Shown: one piece after another, positions 26,768-34,540 of the stretch | Numbering within the stretch: position 1 is the first letter of the stretch | How the letters are laid out: each line of letters opens with the position of its first letter | Virus record (IMG/VR): IMGVR_UViG_3300034691_000040 | Span: 1-64,000 of that record | Source of the DNA: a virus | Strand: one strand, 5' to 3' | DNA length: 64,000 nucleotides | Translations under genes and position numbers: made by a program | Notes under the pieces: model-generated | Database searches by the model: none | Seen by the model: the letters and a program-made list of their open reading frames with translations, nothing else | What the model was told of the DNA's origin: nothing

Positions 26768-26781
26768 ATCCTTAGGAGGAT
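26768..26781 (+). promoter_or_regulatory. SD-occluding hairpin
   Basis: ATCCT-TAGG-AGGAT, 6 nt before ATG 26788. Confidence 0.7.
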
Positions 26782-26787
26782 TGGCAG

Positions 26788-27225
26788 ATGGTTAGCTTAC
26801 AGTTTACCAAATCCCTTGAAGCATTTAAAAACGTTGCGGCTATGACCAAGGCGTTTAGTAACATGGGACCTGTGTTGCGTAGAGAAGCGATTCTGTACGC
26901 GCAGCAATATTCGGAAAAAGTCGAAGTCGGGCGCAAGTGGGCTTGGACTGGCGAAAAGGGTACCAGTGTCATGGTCGGCGGTATCGAAGGACATGTACTC
27001 TTCGACAGTTCACTGAATGTCAAGATCTGCGATAACTATAAATCAACAGCGATTTATAAGCAGAAGCCGGACTTGCTGATCAATCTCTTGGAGTATGCCT
27101 TTTACGAAGGCTATCCAATGTTTGCCCTGATTGAAGCATTGGACAAACAAGTCCAGTGTCACGAACAAAATATCGATGGGTTTGTAAAGATCCACGAATC
27201 CCTCGTACGTTTACAATTGAGCTAA
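26788..27225 (+). CDS. Hypothetical protein
   Basis: 145-aa ORF, first gene after the promoter motif. Confidence 0.8.
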   Translation: MVSLQFTKSLEAFKNVAAMTKAFSNMGPVLRREAILYAQQYSEKVEVGRKWAWTGEKGTSVMVGGIEGHVLFDSSLNVKICDNYKSTAIYKQKPDLLINLLEYAFYEGYPMFALIEALDKQVQCHEQNIDGFVKIHESLVRLQLS

Positions 27226-27236
27226 TGGAGCCTATC

Positions 27237-27593
27237 ATGACTCACGTCAACATCACCGTAGATAATAACGACCTGGTTGTATACCTGGATAAAGATAAAC
27301 GTCCGGCCGGTATGCCAAAGGTCGGCACAGTGCCGCTGACTATTAAACCAGGCTCTGTGCGGGAACTGGTACAGGTCAGCGGCTTCATCCGCGTGTACGA
27401 CGATAAGCGCAGCCGCGCTGAGTTCGAGCAAGAACTGCGTCAACAGATCGAACGCCCAGGTGTGTTGCTTCAACTGTTTGGTGAACTGGGCGATAATCCA
27501 AGCACCAACAAGATGAATCCATCCATCCATACCCGTAAACAATCCGGTTGGCTGCGTCCAGGCGAGACGCCTAAATCTACAGCAAAGCAATAA
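27237..27593 (+). CDS. Hypothetical protein
   Basis: GGAG RBS supports ATG 27237 (MTHVNIT). Confidence 0.75.
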   Translation: MTHVNITVDNNDLVVYLDKDKRPAGMPKVGTVPLTIKPGSVRELVQVSGFIRVYDDKRSRAEFEQELRQQIERPGVLLQLFGELGDNPSTNKMNPSIHTRKQSGWLRPGETPKSTAKQ

Positions 27594-27609
27594 CCCCCGT
27601 AACACCAAC

Positions 27610-27623
27610 GTCCTTTGGAGGAC
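27610..27623 (+). promoter_or_regulatory. SD-occluding hairpin
   Basis: GTCCT-TTGG-AGGAC, 3 nt before ATG 27627. Confidence 0.7.
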
Positions 27624-27626
27624 CCA

Positions 27627-27974
27627 ATGAGCAAAGCTGCAGAGTCAAGATTGAAGAAGGCGGTATCCGAACTCAATTCGGATCTCGATATGTTAGCCAA
27701 GGTTTTGGGTTACCGCTGCCCTCTGTACGACATGATCACCACTCGTGATCGTGACTTTTTGAAAGTCAAAGTTGTAGTGGATGGTAAGCTTGCCACTATC
27801 CACTACACTTGGGAAAAGGAAGGGTTTGGTACCAATGCTCATTATCTGATTGACGAAGTCAGGCGATTTACATTCGAGCGGTTCTGTGAGACGCTCTACG
27901 GCGATGTAGTTAAAAATACAGCCTGCCGTTCAGCCCATCAGGGAATAAGTATTGACGCTGATTTCAGCAAATAA
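27627..27974 (+). CDS. Hypothetical protein
   Basis: 115-aa ORF, GGAGG RBS. Confidence 0.75.
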   Translation: MSKAAESRLKKAVSELNSDLDMLAKVLGYRCPLYDMITTRDRDFLKVKVVVDGKLATIHYTWEKEGFGTNAHYLIDEVRRFTFERFCETLYGDVVKNTACRSAHQGISIDADFSK

Positions 27975-27981
27975 AATAACT

Positions 27982-27995
27982 GTCCTAAGGGGGAC
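27982..27995 (+). promoter_or_regulatory. SD-occluding hairpin
   Basis: GTCCT-AAGG-GGGAC (one G-U pair), 5 nt before ATG 28001. Confidence 0.65.
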
Positions 27996-28000
27996 TTATA

Positions 28001-28570
28001 ATGCGTATCATCAAACTCGAAAAGAAACCTGGTCAGTCGCAACGTCTGGTCGTCAGCGAAAACGGCAGCAGTCTGGTTCTGACTCTGCCATGCGGTGTTA
28101 GCTTTAACGAAGAAAGCGGTCGCTTCAATACCTGGATCATCAACGAAGATACCAAGGGTTGGAGAAATAAAAGCTGGTCGTCTAAAAAGCACGGTGCTGT
28201 AACAGCGTTTGAAAGTGCGGTGGAAGCCCGTGAAGATTCACTCGATTTCCTGCTTAACCGCCGCCTGCTGCCTCGTATCCGTAAAGAGTACGAGTACCGT
28301 GAGATCAACGGTCTCATCATCGTCCGCGATCCGTTGGAGAAGAAGAACCGTTACTTCTCTTCACTTAAAGCTGCGGTCGAGTTCAACACGACGATCACCA
28401 AACAGTGGATTGATACGTACCTGTTTGATAAGGCATCGATGATCCAGCACCAGAACGGTAAACAGTTCCGGCGGCTGGCGCTTTTGGATAAGGGTATCTT
28501 TGAAGAACACTACATCAAACCCGTTATTGCCAATACCATGCTGCAAGACATCTCGGAGACTCGTCACTGA
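28001..28570 (+). CDS. Putative AP2-domain DNA-binding protein
   Basis: GVSFNEESGRFNTW...NKSWSSKKHG..TAFESAVEARE fits the AP2 pattern GV.F....W......K.FS..KYG...A...A...R. Confidence 0.55.
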   Translation: MRIIKLEKKPGQSQRLVVSENGSSLVLTLPCGVSFNEESGRFNTWIINEDTKGWRNKSWSSKKHGAVTAFESAVEAREDSLDFLLNRRLLPRIRKEYEYREINGLIIVRDPLEKKNRYFSSLKAAVEFNTTITKQWIDTYLFDKASMIQHQNGKQFRRLALLDKGIFEEHYIKPVIANTMLQDISETRH

Positions 28571-28716
28571 TGCTACCGACAAACGAGGAACTCGATAAGC
28601 GCGCCCGTGATCGTGAGTCACAGGAAATCATTAACAAAACTATCTTCTGCCTAAAGCTGATTTCACTCTCTGGCGTTGTAGTGCTGATCATTCAAATAGT
28701 CAAGGAGTTTATCTAA
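28570..28716 (+). CDS. Small membrane protein (48 aa, not in ORF track)
   Basis: MLPTNEELDKRARDRESQEIINKTIFCLKLISLSGVVVLIIQIVKEFI; coupled by TGATG and TAATG overlaps. Confidence 0.6.
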   Translation: MLPTNEELDKRARDRESQEIINKTIFCLKLISLSGVVVLIIQIVKEFI

Positions 28717-28916
28717 TGGCCCGGCGTAAAGAACCCATTGATATCTTTCTTTGGATATTGACGGCGCTGTTTGTGATCCTGTTGAACATCACAGTGGCTT
28801 TTAATAGACCGTCTCAGGAAGAGCTTGCGTGCGCGTCTAACGCGAGCCGCACCAGTGCCCTGCTCCTTGCCTCACCTCAGGTCGCAAACCACAAGTACCG
28901 CTGCTACACGCGCTAA
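28716..28916 (+). CDS. Small membrane-anchored protein
   Basis: IFLWILTALFVILLNITVAF segment and two Cys in the C-terminal part. Confidence 0.65.
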   Translation: MARRKEPIDIFLWILTALFVILLNITVAFNRPSQEELACASNASRTSALLLASPQVANHKYRCYTR

Positions 28917-28920
28917 CAGA

Positions 28921-28953
28921 CATATAGCCAGGGCACAACGCCCTGGCTATATG
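28921..28953. terminator. Hairpin (CATA...TATG family)
   Basis: Perfect 14-bp stem CATATAGCCAGGGC / GCCCTGGCTATATG, T-rich downstream. Confidence 0.8.
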
Positions 28954-28965
28954 CTTTCTTTTTAT

Positions 28966-28979
28966 ATTCCTAGGGGAAT
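28966..28979 (+). promoter_or_regulatory. SD-occluding hairpin
   Basis: ATTCC-TAGG-GGAAT, 5 nt before ATG 28985. Confidence 0.7.
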
Positions 28980-28984
28980 TGACA

Positions 28985-29506
28985 ATGGAACGTGTTACTA
29001 AAACCTTGTACGGCTATACTTTGCTGAAAGTACCCGAAGGTGAATTCAGTGAAGCGTTTTACGAATATCTACTAAAAGAACATTACGGGCTCCGTAGCCG
29101 TGTTAACTTTCTTATTGAACACAAGAAAGATGGTCGTGTTGCATTTAGCAGCGCCATTGAAACCACCGTACGTAACATGCTGCAACGGTTCAGTCGCGGC
29201 CAGACTGTGAAGTGTGTTCAGACTCTATTCCCAACGGCAAGGCGGTTTCACAATAACGTCAACGTTTGGGCTGTGATTGAAGAACCGCCACACAATGTCT
29301 TAACGTTGGAGATCCTCACGCTGGGTAAGTGGTTTGATAAAACCGCCGAGAAGCACAAATGTAAGCGTCTAGCCGAAAGACATGTTCGGGCCGAGCCGCA
29401 TGGCTACCATGCGGTAACTCGGTTCCTAAAAGACGCTGTAAAGACACGTCCAGATCTGATTGACTTTATCAATCAGCACTCAGGTAAGTGGCAAGTTCAA
29501 ATTTAA
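28985..29506 (+). CDS. Hypothetical protein
   Basis: 173-aa ORF from ATG 28985. Confidence 0.75.
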   Translation: MERVTKTLYGYTLLKVPEGEFSEAFYEYLLKEHYGLRSRVNFLIEHKKDGRVAFSSAIETTVRNMLQRFSRGQTVKCVQTLFPTARRFHNNVNVWAVIEEPPHNVLTLEILTLGKWFDKTAEKHKCKRLAERHVRAEPHGYHAVTRFLKDAVKTRPDLIDFINQHSGKWQVQI

Positions 29507-29508
29507 CT

Positions 29509-29522
29509 GTCCTAAGGAGGAC
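29509..29522 (+). promoter_or_regulatory. SD-occluding hairpin
   Basis: GTCCT-AAGG-AGGAC, 3 nt before ATG 29526. Confidence 0.7.
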
Positions 29523-29525
29523 TAC

Positions 29526-29903
29526 ATGAACGTATTTGACAAAGCTCTGAAATCATTTAACACTCGGGCAGTGTTGCAGAAAGCGGCATTAGGTAAGCTT
29601 GAAGGTAGTTGGGTAAATATAGCTGGTCAGAACGTACTACCTCCGGTGTCATGGGACGTTGTCGTAGGTCCCGGCATTGCGTTGACGTATGACGATGCGT
29701 TCAGAATATTGCACGTTCACCTCTTCGTTAAATTGAAGAATGATGGTCATGGGCACATTGGACTGATCTCCGGCCGGACCGATCCGCGATACCACAGCCG
29801 GTCTCTCAGAAAACTTGTCGCTCCGTATATCCAGGAGTTACTGGTTGAGTGCGCTGATCAACTCGCCCCTTACTTCGGCGAAAAATTTAATACCACGTTC
29901 TAA
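29526..29903 (+). CDS. Hypothetical protein with shared MxVFDKALKSFN leader
   Basis: AAGGAGG RBS supports ATG 29526. Confidence 0.75.
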   Translation: MNVFDKALKSFNTRAVLQKAALGKLEGSWVNIAGQNVLPPVSWDVVVGPGIALTYDDAFRILHVHLFVKLKNDGHGHIGLISGRTDPRYHSRSLRKLVAPYIQELLVECADQLAPYFGEKFNTTF

Positions 29904-29910
29904 GGAGAAC
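29897..29910 (+). promoter_or_regulatory. SD-occluding hairpin
   Basis: GTTCT-AAGG-AGAAC; contains the upstream TAA stop. Confidence 0.7.
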
Positions 29911-29913
29911 ATA

Positions 29914-31470
29914 ATGAAAGTATTTGATAAAGCTTTGAAGTCGTTCAACCAGAAAGCGCTTCTTCCAACTTACCGTCTGCGCAACCAAGCACTCCTCACG
30001 GTCTTCGCTCAGGAAATCAAAGATCTCCAAAGCAAGAAAGGTATTGTTCGCAAACCTTTAAGGCATCATAGCCCGTTACAACCAGCCGATCATGAGCCGG
30101 TGGCCATTCAACCGGCCATTGCGCCGATGACCCTCGGTGGTTTACTTGAGGCGTCTGCGGCGTTTCCTGTATCGGCAGCGCGGCAAGAGATGTTTGAAGG
30201 TCACCGCAAGCCCTTCGATCGTTCTGAAGGGTGTCCTGCATTCTCCATGCCAGAGCCGTTGGTTGTCGTTGACGAAGCCCCGGCCGTTGAGAAGAACGTG
30301 CTGGAATACGCACAGCGTAAAGTCCAGTTGTACCTGGGGCAGCTCGGTAAGCATGTTGACATCTACGATCGCATCACAGCACAGACCCGCCTCCTGCCTG
30401 ATTCAACACTGACCGGCGATTTCCTGATCAATATTCAGATTGACGGAATAGTCGTCGACGACCTGGCAAGGCATTTTCGTCGTGGCCAAATCGGAGGTGT
30501 GGTCGGTAAGCGGATTCGGGCTTTTACAGCTTTGGTAGCGTATACCTTGGAAGAAGGCGGTTTCCGCTTTTCGAAGATCGAGCAATTGGTCAAAGAACTG
30601 AAGCCAATTGTCGTTGATGAAATTCCGCATTCCGCAGAGGAGGTTAAAAAACCATTTACCTTTGCTGATCTTGGCCGTCGGGCTCTTCGCCCCTTGAGTC
30701 ATGTCGAAGAACAGTTCGGCTGGATGACGGATGGTAGCGAAGTTCACCAAGCCATTTACGATGACTTGAAAGCTATCGGGGCTAGCGTCGGCTGGATTTG
30801 GAACGTTGATTTCCTTTACAGAATTGCGCCCTTTGGCGAGAGTGGGTATTTTGTAAAGGTCATGAGTCCGGTCAATCTGTGTAAGATGTCTGAGGAGATT
30901 TCTACTGTAGGCGATGAGCGGTTCAAACGCGATATGGTACACGATAAGCAAGTTGCATTTGCTTCTGTTCTTGTTCAAGCTTTGGATGGGAGTGTGTACT
31001 CTGCTAGAAAGATCCATCAGCTGGCGGAAGAGATGCGTAAAAAGGCCTTGGTGGAAAACCCAAAGGCTGAAGTGCATCTTGTAAGACCTACTGAAGTTGC
31101 CGTGTTATTGAAAGACATCATCGGCGGTAAATACCAAAGCTGTGATGTCTTCACCAACAAGGTCGTGTTTGACATTTACCCGTCGCAGTTTGCGGCCGAG
31201 CATACGAACCCGCTCACTATTCAAATATCTCTTCCGTACGTGGGGCTTTACACCCTGTTCAAAGAAGAGATGCTGAACGAGCTGGCGAGGTATCCCGGGG
31301 CGAACGCAGTGGTGGTTGAACAAATTAGTGCGCAAGACCCAACTGAGCATAATCGGCATGTCATCCACCTGATGGGTAGTTCGATCGAAAAGGTTCGCCA
31401 GATCGAAAAGCGGGTAACCGTCATCGACGCCGAGCTGTACGAATACATCACTCCCGCTACTTCGCTCTAA
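29914..31470 (+). CDS. Hypothetical protein with shared MxVFDKALKSFN leader
   Basis: 518-aa ORF from ATG 29914 (AAGGAG RBS). Confidence 0.8.
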   Translation: MKVFDKALKSFNQKALLPTYRLRNQALLTVFAQEIKDLQSKKGIVRKPLRHHSPLQPADHEPVAIQPAIAPMTLGGLLEASAAFPVSAARQEMFEGHRKPFDRSEGCPAFSMPEPLVVVDEAPAVEKNVLEYAQRKVQLYLGQLGKHVDIYDRITAQTRLLPDSTLTGDFLINIQIDGIVVDDLARHFRRGQIGGVVGKRIRAFTALVAYTLEEGGFRFSKIEQLVKELKPIVVDEIPHSAEEVKKPFTFADLGRRALRPLSHVEEQFGWMTDGSEVHQAIYDDLKAIGASVGWIWNVDFLYRIAPFGESGYFVKVMSPVNLCKMSEEISTVGDERFKRDMVHDKQVAFASVLVQALDGSVYSARKIHQLAEEMRKKALVENPKAEVHLVRPTEVAVLLKDIIGGKYQSCDVFTNKVVFDIYPSQFAAEHTNPLTIQISLPYVGLYTLFKEEMLNELARYPGANAVVVEQISAQDPTEHNRHVIHLMGSSIEKVRQIEKRVTVIDAELYEYITPATSL

Positions 31471-31477
31471 GGAGAGC
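31464..31477 (+). promoter_or_regulatory. SD-occluding hairpin
   Basis: GCTCT-AAGG-AGAGC; contains the upstream TAA stop. Confidence 0.7.
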
Positions 31478-31479
31478 TC

Positions 31480-31677
31480 ATGGACAAGGTTTATACTGGC
31501 CGTAAAGAAATCGTCGAGGGTATTGTTGAACTCTTTGACCAGGGTTTGATGCACGAACAGATGTCCGACATCCTTGTCGTTCTTGAAGACGACCTGCAGG
31601 ATAAAGACACCATGCAAATCACTGATGATGGTGTCATCACTCTGCGTACTCGCGGTCTCAGCATCGGTACGTTCTAA
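31480..31677 (+). CDS. Small acidic hypothetical protein
   Basis: 65-aa ORF, AAGGAG RBS. Confidence 0.7.
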   Translation: MDKVYTGRKEIVEGIVELFDQGLMHEQMSDILVVLEDDLQDKDTMQITDDGVITLRTRGLSIGTF

Positions 31678-31684
31678 GGAGAAC
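31671..31684 (+). promoter_or_regulatory. SD-occluding hairpin
   Basis: GTTCT-AAGG-AGAAC; 19-nt identity (ACGTTCTAAGGAGAACATA) with 29895-29913. Confidence 0.7.
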
Positions 31685-31690
31685 ATATCG

Positions 31691-31981
31691 ATGAAAGAAA
31701 TCAAATCAATCGACTTGATAAACATTAAGGAGAAAGTGATCTATACCGACAGGGATTATTGGCCGTATGGAAATGCCTTCAACGTCACGCACTATCAAAT
31801 GCCGGCAGTATTCTTTAACAAATCTGATAGAGCTGTCGTGTTTGACAAAGAAGACATTCTGTACATGATCGCTTGCCTTGCTCCATTAGCGACCGCAATA
31901 GTTCCGCCTGAGGACATCGAGCGCGTAAGAGATAGGCTTCGAGGCAAAGACCTTCATTGGCTGTATAGTTTGATCGTCTAG
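31691..31981 (+). CDS. Hypothetical protein
   Basis: 96-aa ORF from ATG 31691. Confidence 0.7.
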   Translation: MKEIKSIDLINIKEKVIYTDRDYWPYGNAFNVTHYQMPAVFFNKSDRAVVFDKEDILYMIACLAPLATAIVPPEDIERVRDRLRGKDLHWLYSLIV

Positions 31982-31994
31982 TTCATTAAAGCGA

Positions 31995-32040
31995 CATACA
32001 CCCCGGCCAATGGCCGGGGTGTATGCTACTTCTTTTTTTT
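31995..32040. terminator. Bidirectional hairpin (CATA...TATG family)
   Basis: CATACACCCCGGCC / GGCCGGGGTGTATG stem with a T-run; convergent genes. Confidence 0.8.
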
Positions 32041-32041
32041 G

Positions 32042-32248
32042 TTACAAGGTGCCGTTATCGCGGGCGATGATGTCTTCCACCTCAACATTGATACCGAGGT
32101 TTGAAAGATACTCTACCGCTTCACGTTTGGCGTGCAGTTCAGAATGAAAGTTCTGACCCTGAAACAAAAGCTTTCCTTCATGAGCGAAGCTGTAATGTGG
32201 ACGCCCACTCCAACATCCGCCTACGTTTAACACATGCTCAGTCTTCAT
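32042..32248 (-). CDS. Small hypothetical protein
   Basis: 68-aa ORF with GGGGG RBS, downstream of the DnaB-like gene. Confidence 0.6.
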   Translation of the reverse strand: MKTEHVLNVGGCWSGRPHYSFAHEGKLLFQGQNFHSELHAKREAVEYLSNLGINVEVEDIIARDNGTL

Positions 32249-32259
32249 GGTAAACCCCC

Positions 32260-33807
32260 TTATTCATCAAAGTCGCTGAAATCACGTCCTTGCTCACCAC
32301 CTGCAAGACGACCACCCACTTTCTTGTAGGAGATATCTTCAGTGCTGAACAGATCGTATTTGAAACCGATCATACCCAGTTCAAGGAACCGCAGTGCAAA
32401 CCGTTTATGGTCTTCGTTGGTTGCCCCCAACTTACGGTGTTTGCCCCACTGAACTTCTTGCCATGTCACGCCTGCATGGACACGTTTGGCAATGAAGTAC
32501 TCAAAGTCAAATTCTGTGTCGAGCTTCTTACAGCCTTCGTAGTACCCCTTACCTACCAACCTGGCTAGATAGTCATCAGGATACATCCGCGCTTCTTCCT
32601 TGGCCTGCGTGGAGAGCTGGTGGGCGGTATAATGGAAGATGTTGTTAGGTGAAGTGAAGTGACGCGTGTAACGATGTACGCCTTGGACCTCATCACCTGC
32701 GGTTTGAACTGGAATACCTTGCTTACCCATGAGGTTAGCGTAGTCCAAACCAGCCGAGATGATTTCGTAGCCTTCTTCTTGATAACTGCGAAGCGATTCG
32801 ATGTAATCGGTGTAAGGTTGACCGCCTGTAAATTCTTGAAACTTAACTTTGAAACCACGTTCTTGAAGTCGGTCACGAACGTAAGTAGCCATCTCGATTG
32901 GCGAAAGACCACGGATGTCGATTGGGCGTTCCCAGTTGTACTCCTGCTGTTTGAGCATGATGTACAGTTTCTGGAATACCAGCTCAAGCTTATCTTCAAT
33001 CGTTGTGTAAACGTGAAGAGGGATCTTGGTCTCATCGAACAACACTGGACTGTTGTAGCAGCACATCGACACCAGGAAGTCCAGCAGGTTGCCTGACTTG
33101 TTCTGCCCTGGTAGTGCGCTGACGTTAAGCCACTCACCACGACGGTAACCATCTTGGTCACCGGTCATCCGGTTGAAAGCTTTAATAGCGTGCTTGAGGA
33201 TGGACTTAGGGTCAATGGCGGTTTGCGCCAAGTTAAAGACCTCGGCCATCGACTCCAAATCATCGACGTCAATAGAGCGCGCAATTGCAGCAGCACGCTT
33301 CTTATCGCCCAATGACAAGTTCTGCAGCTTCATGACAATTTCGTTACGAAACTCCATGACGCTTTTAATACTGTCGCGTTCAAACGCAAGACGACGACTG
33401 GCTTTTCTGATCAGTGCTTCAAACTCTTGCACTGCCGAAAAGGACATCAGTTCGTGACTGAACTCTTCGTACTTATCTTTGGCCGCCTGCGGATCGTCAA
33501 CTAAAAGTAAAGTCTTACAAAATAGATCATATAGACGATCATTATCCCCCGTGGCGATACGCACACGGGTCATTAGGTCATCCAAGTCCATGGGTTTTTC
33601 AGAACCACGGTGCTTTAACCAGATCAGCAATGCGCGTAGCTTCAGCAGAGATGACTTCTCAGTGTTGACTAGCTGACGCTCATCTGAAATTTGAACGTGG
33701 GCTACAGCGCTTTCCAATACGTTATGAAGCGCATCTTCGTTTATATTGCAGTGGCTCGCGTAATACGCAGCGCCGATAGCTTTCGCTAGGAGTAGCTTGA
33801 TTTCCAT
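32260..33807 (-). CDS. dnaB: DnaB-like replicative helicase (phiKZ gp118-like)
   Basis: Variant Walker A SALPGQNKSG, Walker B GLDYANLM, TAHQLS; position divergent from the capsid cluster. Confidence 0.85.
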   Translation of the reverse strand: MEIKLLLAKAIGAAYYASHCNINEDALHNVLESAVAHVQISDERQLVNTEKSSLLKLRALLIWLKHRGSEKPMDLDDLMTRVRIATGDNDRLYDLFCKTLLLVDDPQAAKDKYEEFSHELMSFSAVQEFEALIRKASRRLAFERDSIKSVMEFRNEIVMKLQNLSLGDKKRAAAIARSIDVDDLESMAEVFNLAQTAIDPKSILKHAIKAFNRMTGDQDGYRRGEWLNVSALPGQNKSGNLLDFLVSMCCYNSPVLFDETKIPLHVYTTIEDKLELVFQKLYIMLKQQEYNWERPIDIRGLSPIEMATYVRDRLQERGFKVKFQEFTGGQPYTDYIESLRSYQEEGYEIISAGLDYANLMGKQGIPVQTAGDEVQGVHRYTRHFTSPNNIFHYTAHQLSTQAKEEARMYPDDYLARLVGKGYYEGCKKLDTEFDFEYFIAKRVHAGVTWQEVQWGKHRKLGATNEDHKRFALRFLELGMIGFKYDLFSTEDISYKKVGGRLAGGEQGRDFSDFDE

Positions 33808-33842
33808 ACCGCCTCACAGAAGGCTTTAACAGGATTCACATA

Positions 33843-34391
33843 ATGGACAAACCCATTGAGTTGCGGTTCATCCCACTGTGGTTGAGTAAGGTGGTGTCGT
33901 ACTACAACACCGACCCAAAAGAATTCGAAAGCATAGTATCAAGCCACGACCAAAAGTTGTTTAAATTGGCCAACCATTTGCTTCGTTCTAAACTTAAACT
34001 GTTGGGGATTACCGATTATGTTTTCCCTGCAGTGGATGTCGAAGAAGGGTTTGATACTGATGAAGCGTTGTTCGCGCTTTACGGAAACAACGAGGACGGC
34101 CACAAACTGGCTGAGTATACCCTCAAGAATTTCGTAATTGTACCCGATAAGTATGATGGCATCTTGCTGATTGAGAAGCCCGCCGGTGCTGAAGAGAAGG
34201 AATTGATTTATGAGCTGTTGTTAGCTCTGGCTCTTTACCGTGGGAAAGAGGTTGCTTATAGCTCTGACCTGTTCAAACAATATCTGGTTGCCGTGAATAA
34301 AAACTACGGCAGCGGCAGTAGCGCTGATCATTTCCATGAGCACCTTAAAGCAGCACTGGCTAAAGCCCGTGCCGAAGATGCTGATGACTAA
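33843..34391 (+). CDS. Conserved phiKZ-like hypothetical protein between helicase and capsid genes
   Basis: 182-aa ORF; call from synteny. Confidence 0.65.
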   Translation: MDKPIELRFIPLWLSKVVSYYNTDPKEFESIVSSHDQKLFKLANHLLRSKLKLLGITDYVFPAVDVEEGFDTDEALFALYGNNEDGHKLAEYTLKNFVIVPDKYDGILLIEKPAGAEEKELIYELLLALALYRGKEVAYSSDLFKQYLVAVNKNYGSGSSADHFHEHLKAALAKARAEDADD

Positions 34392-34540
34392 AAAGAGCAG
34401 TGCTGTAAAAGTGTTATGTGTAAATCGCCTAGTGGGTCGTAGGTCTGCCTTTAGTAGTCGACTACTTTGGGAATCGGCGCAGTCCTAAAAACAAAGCTTT
34501 GTAATTACGACTATCTGGTAGTCATTTTGGAGCACCACGT

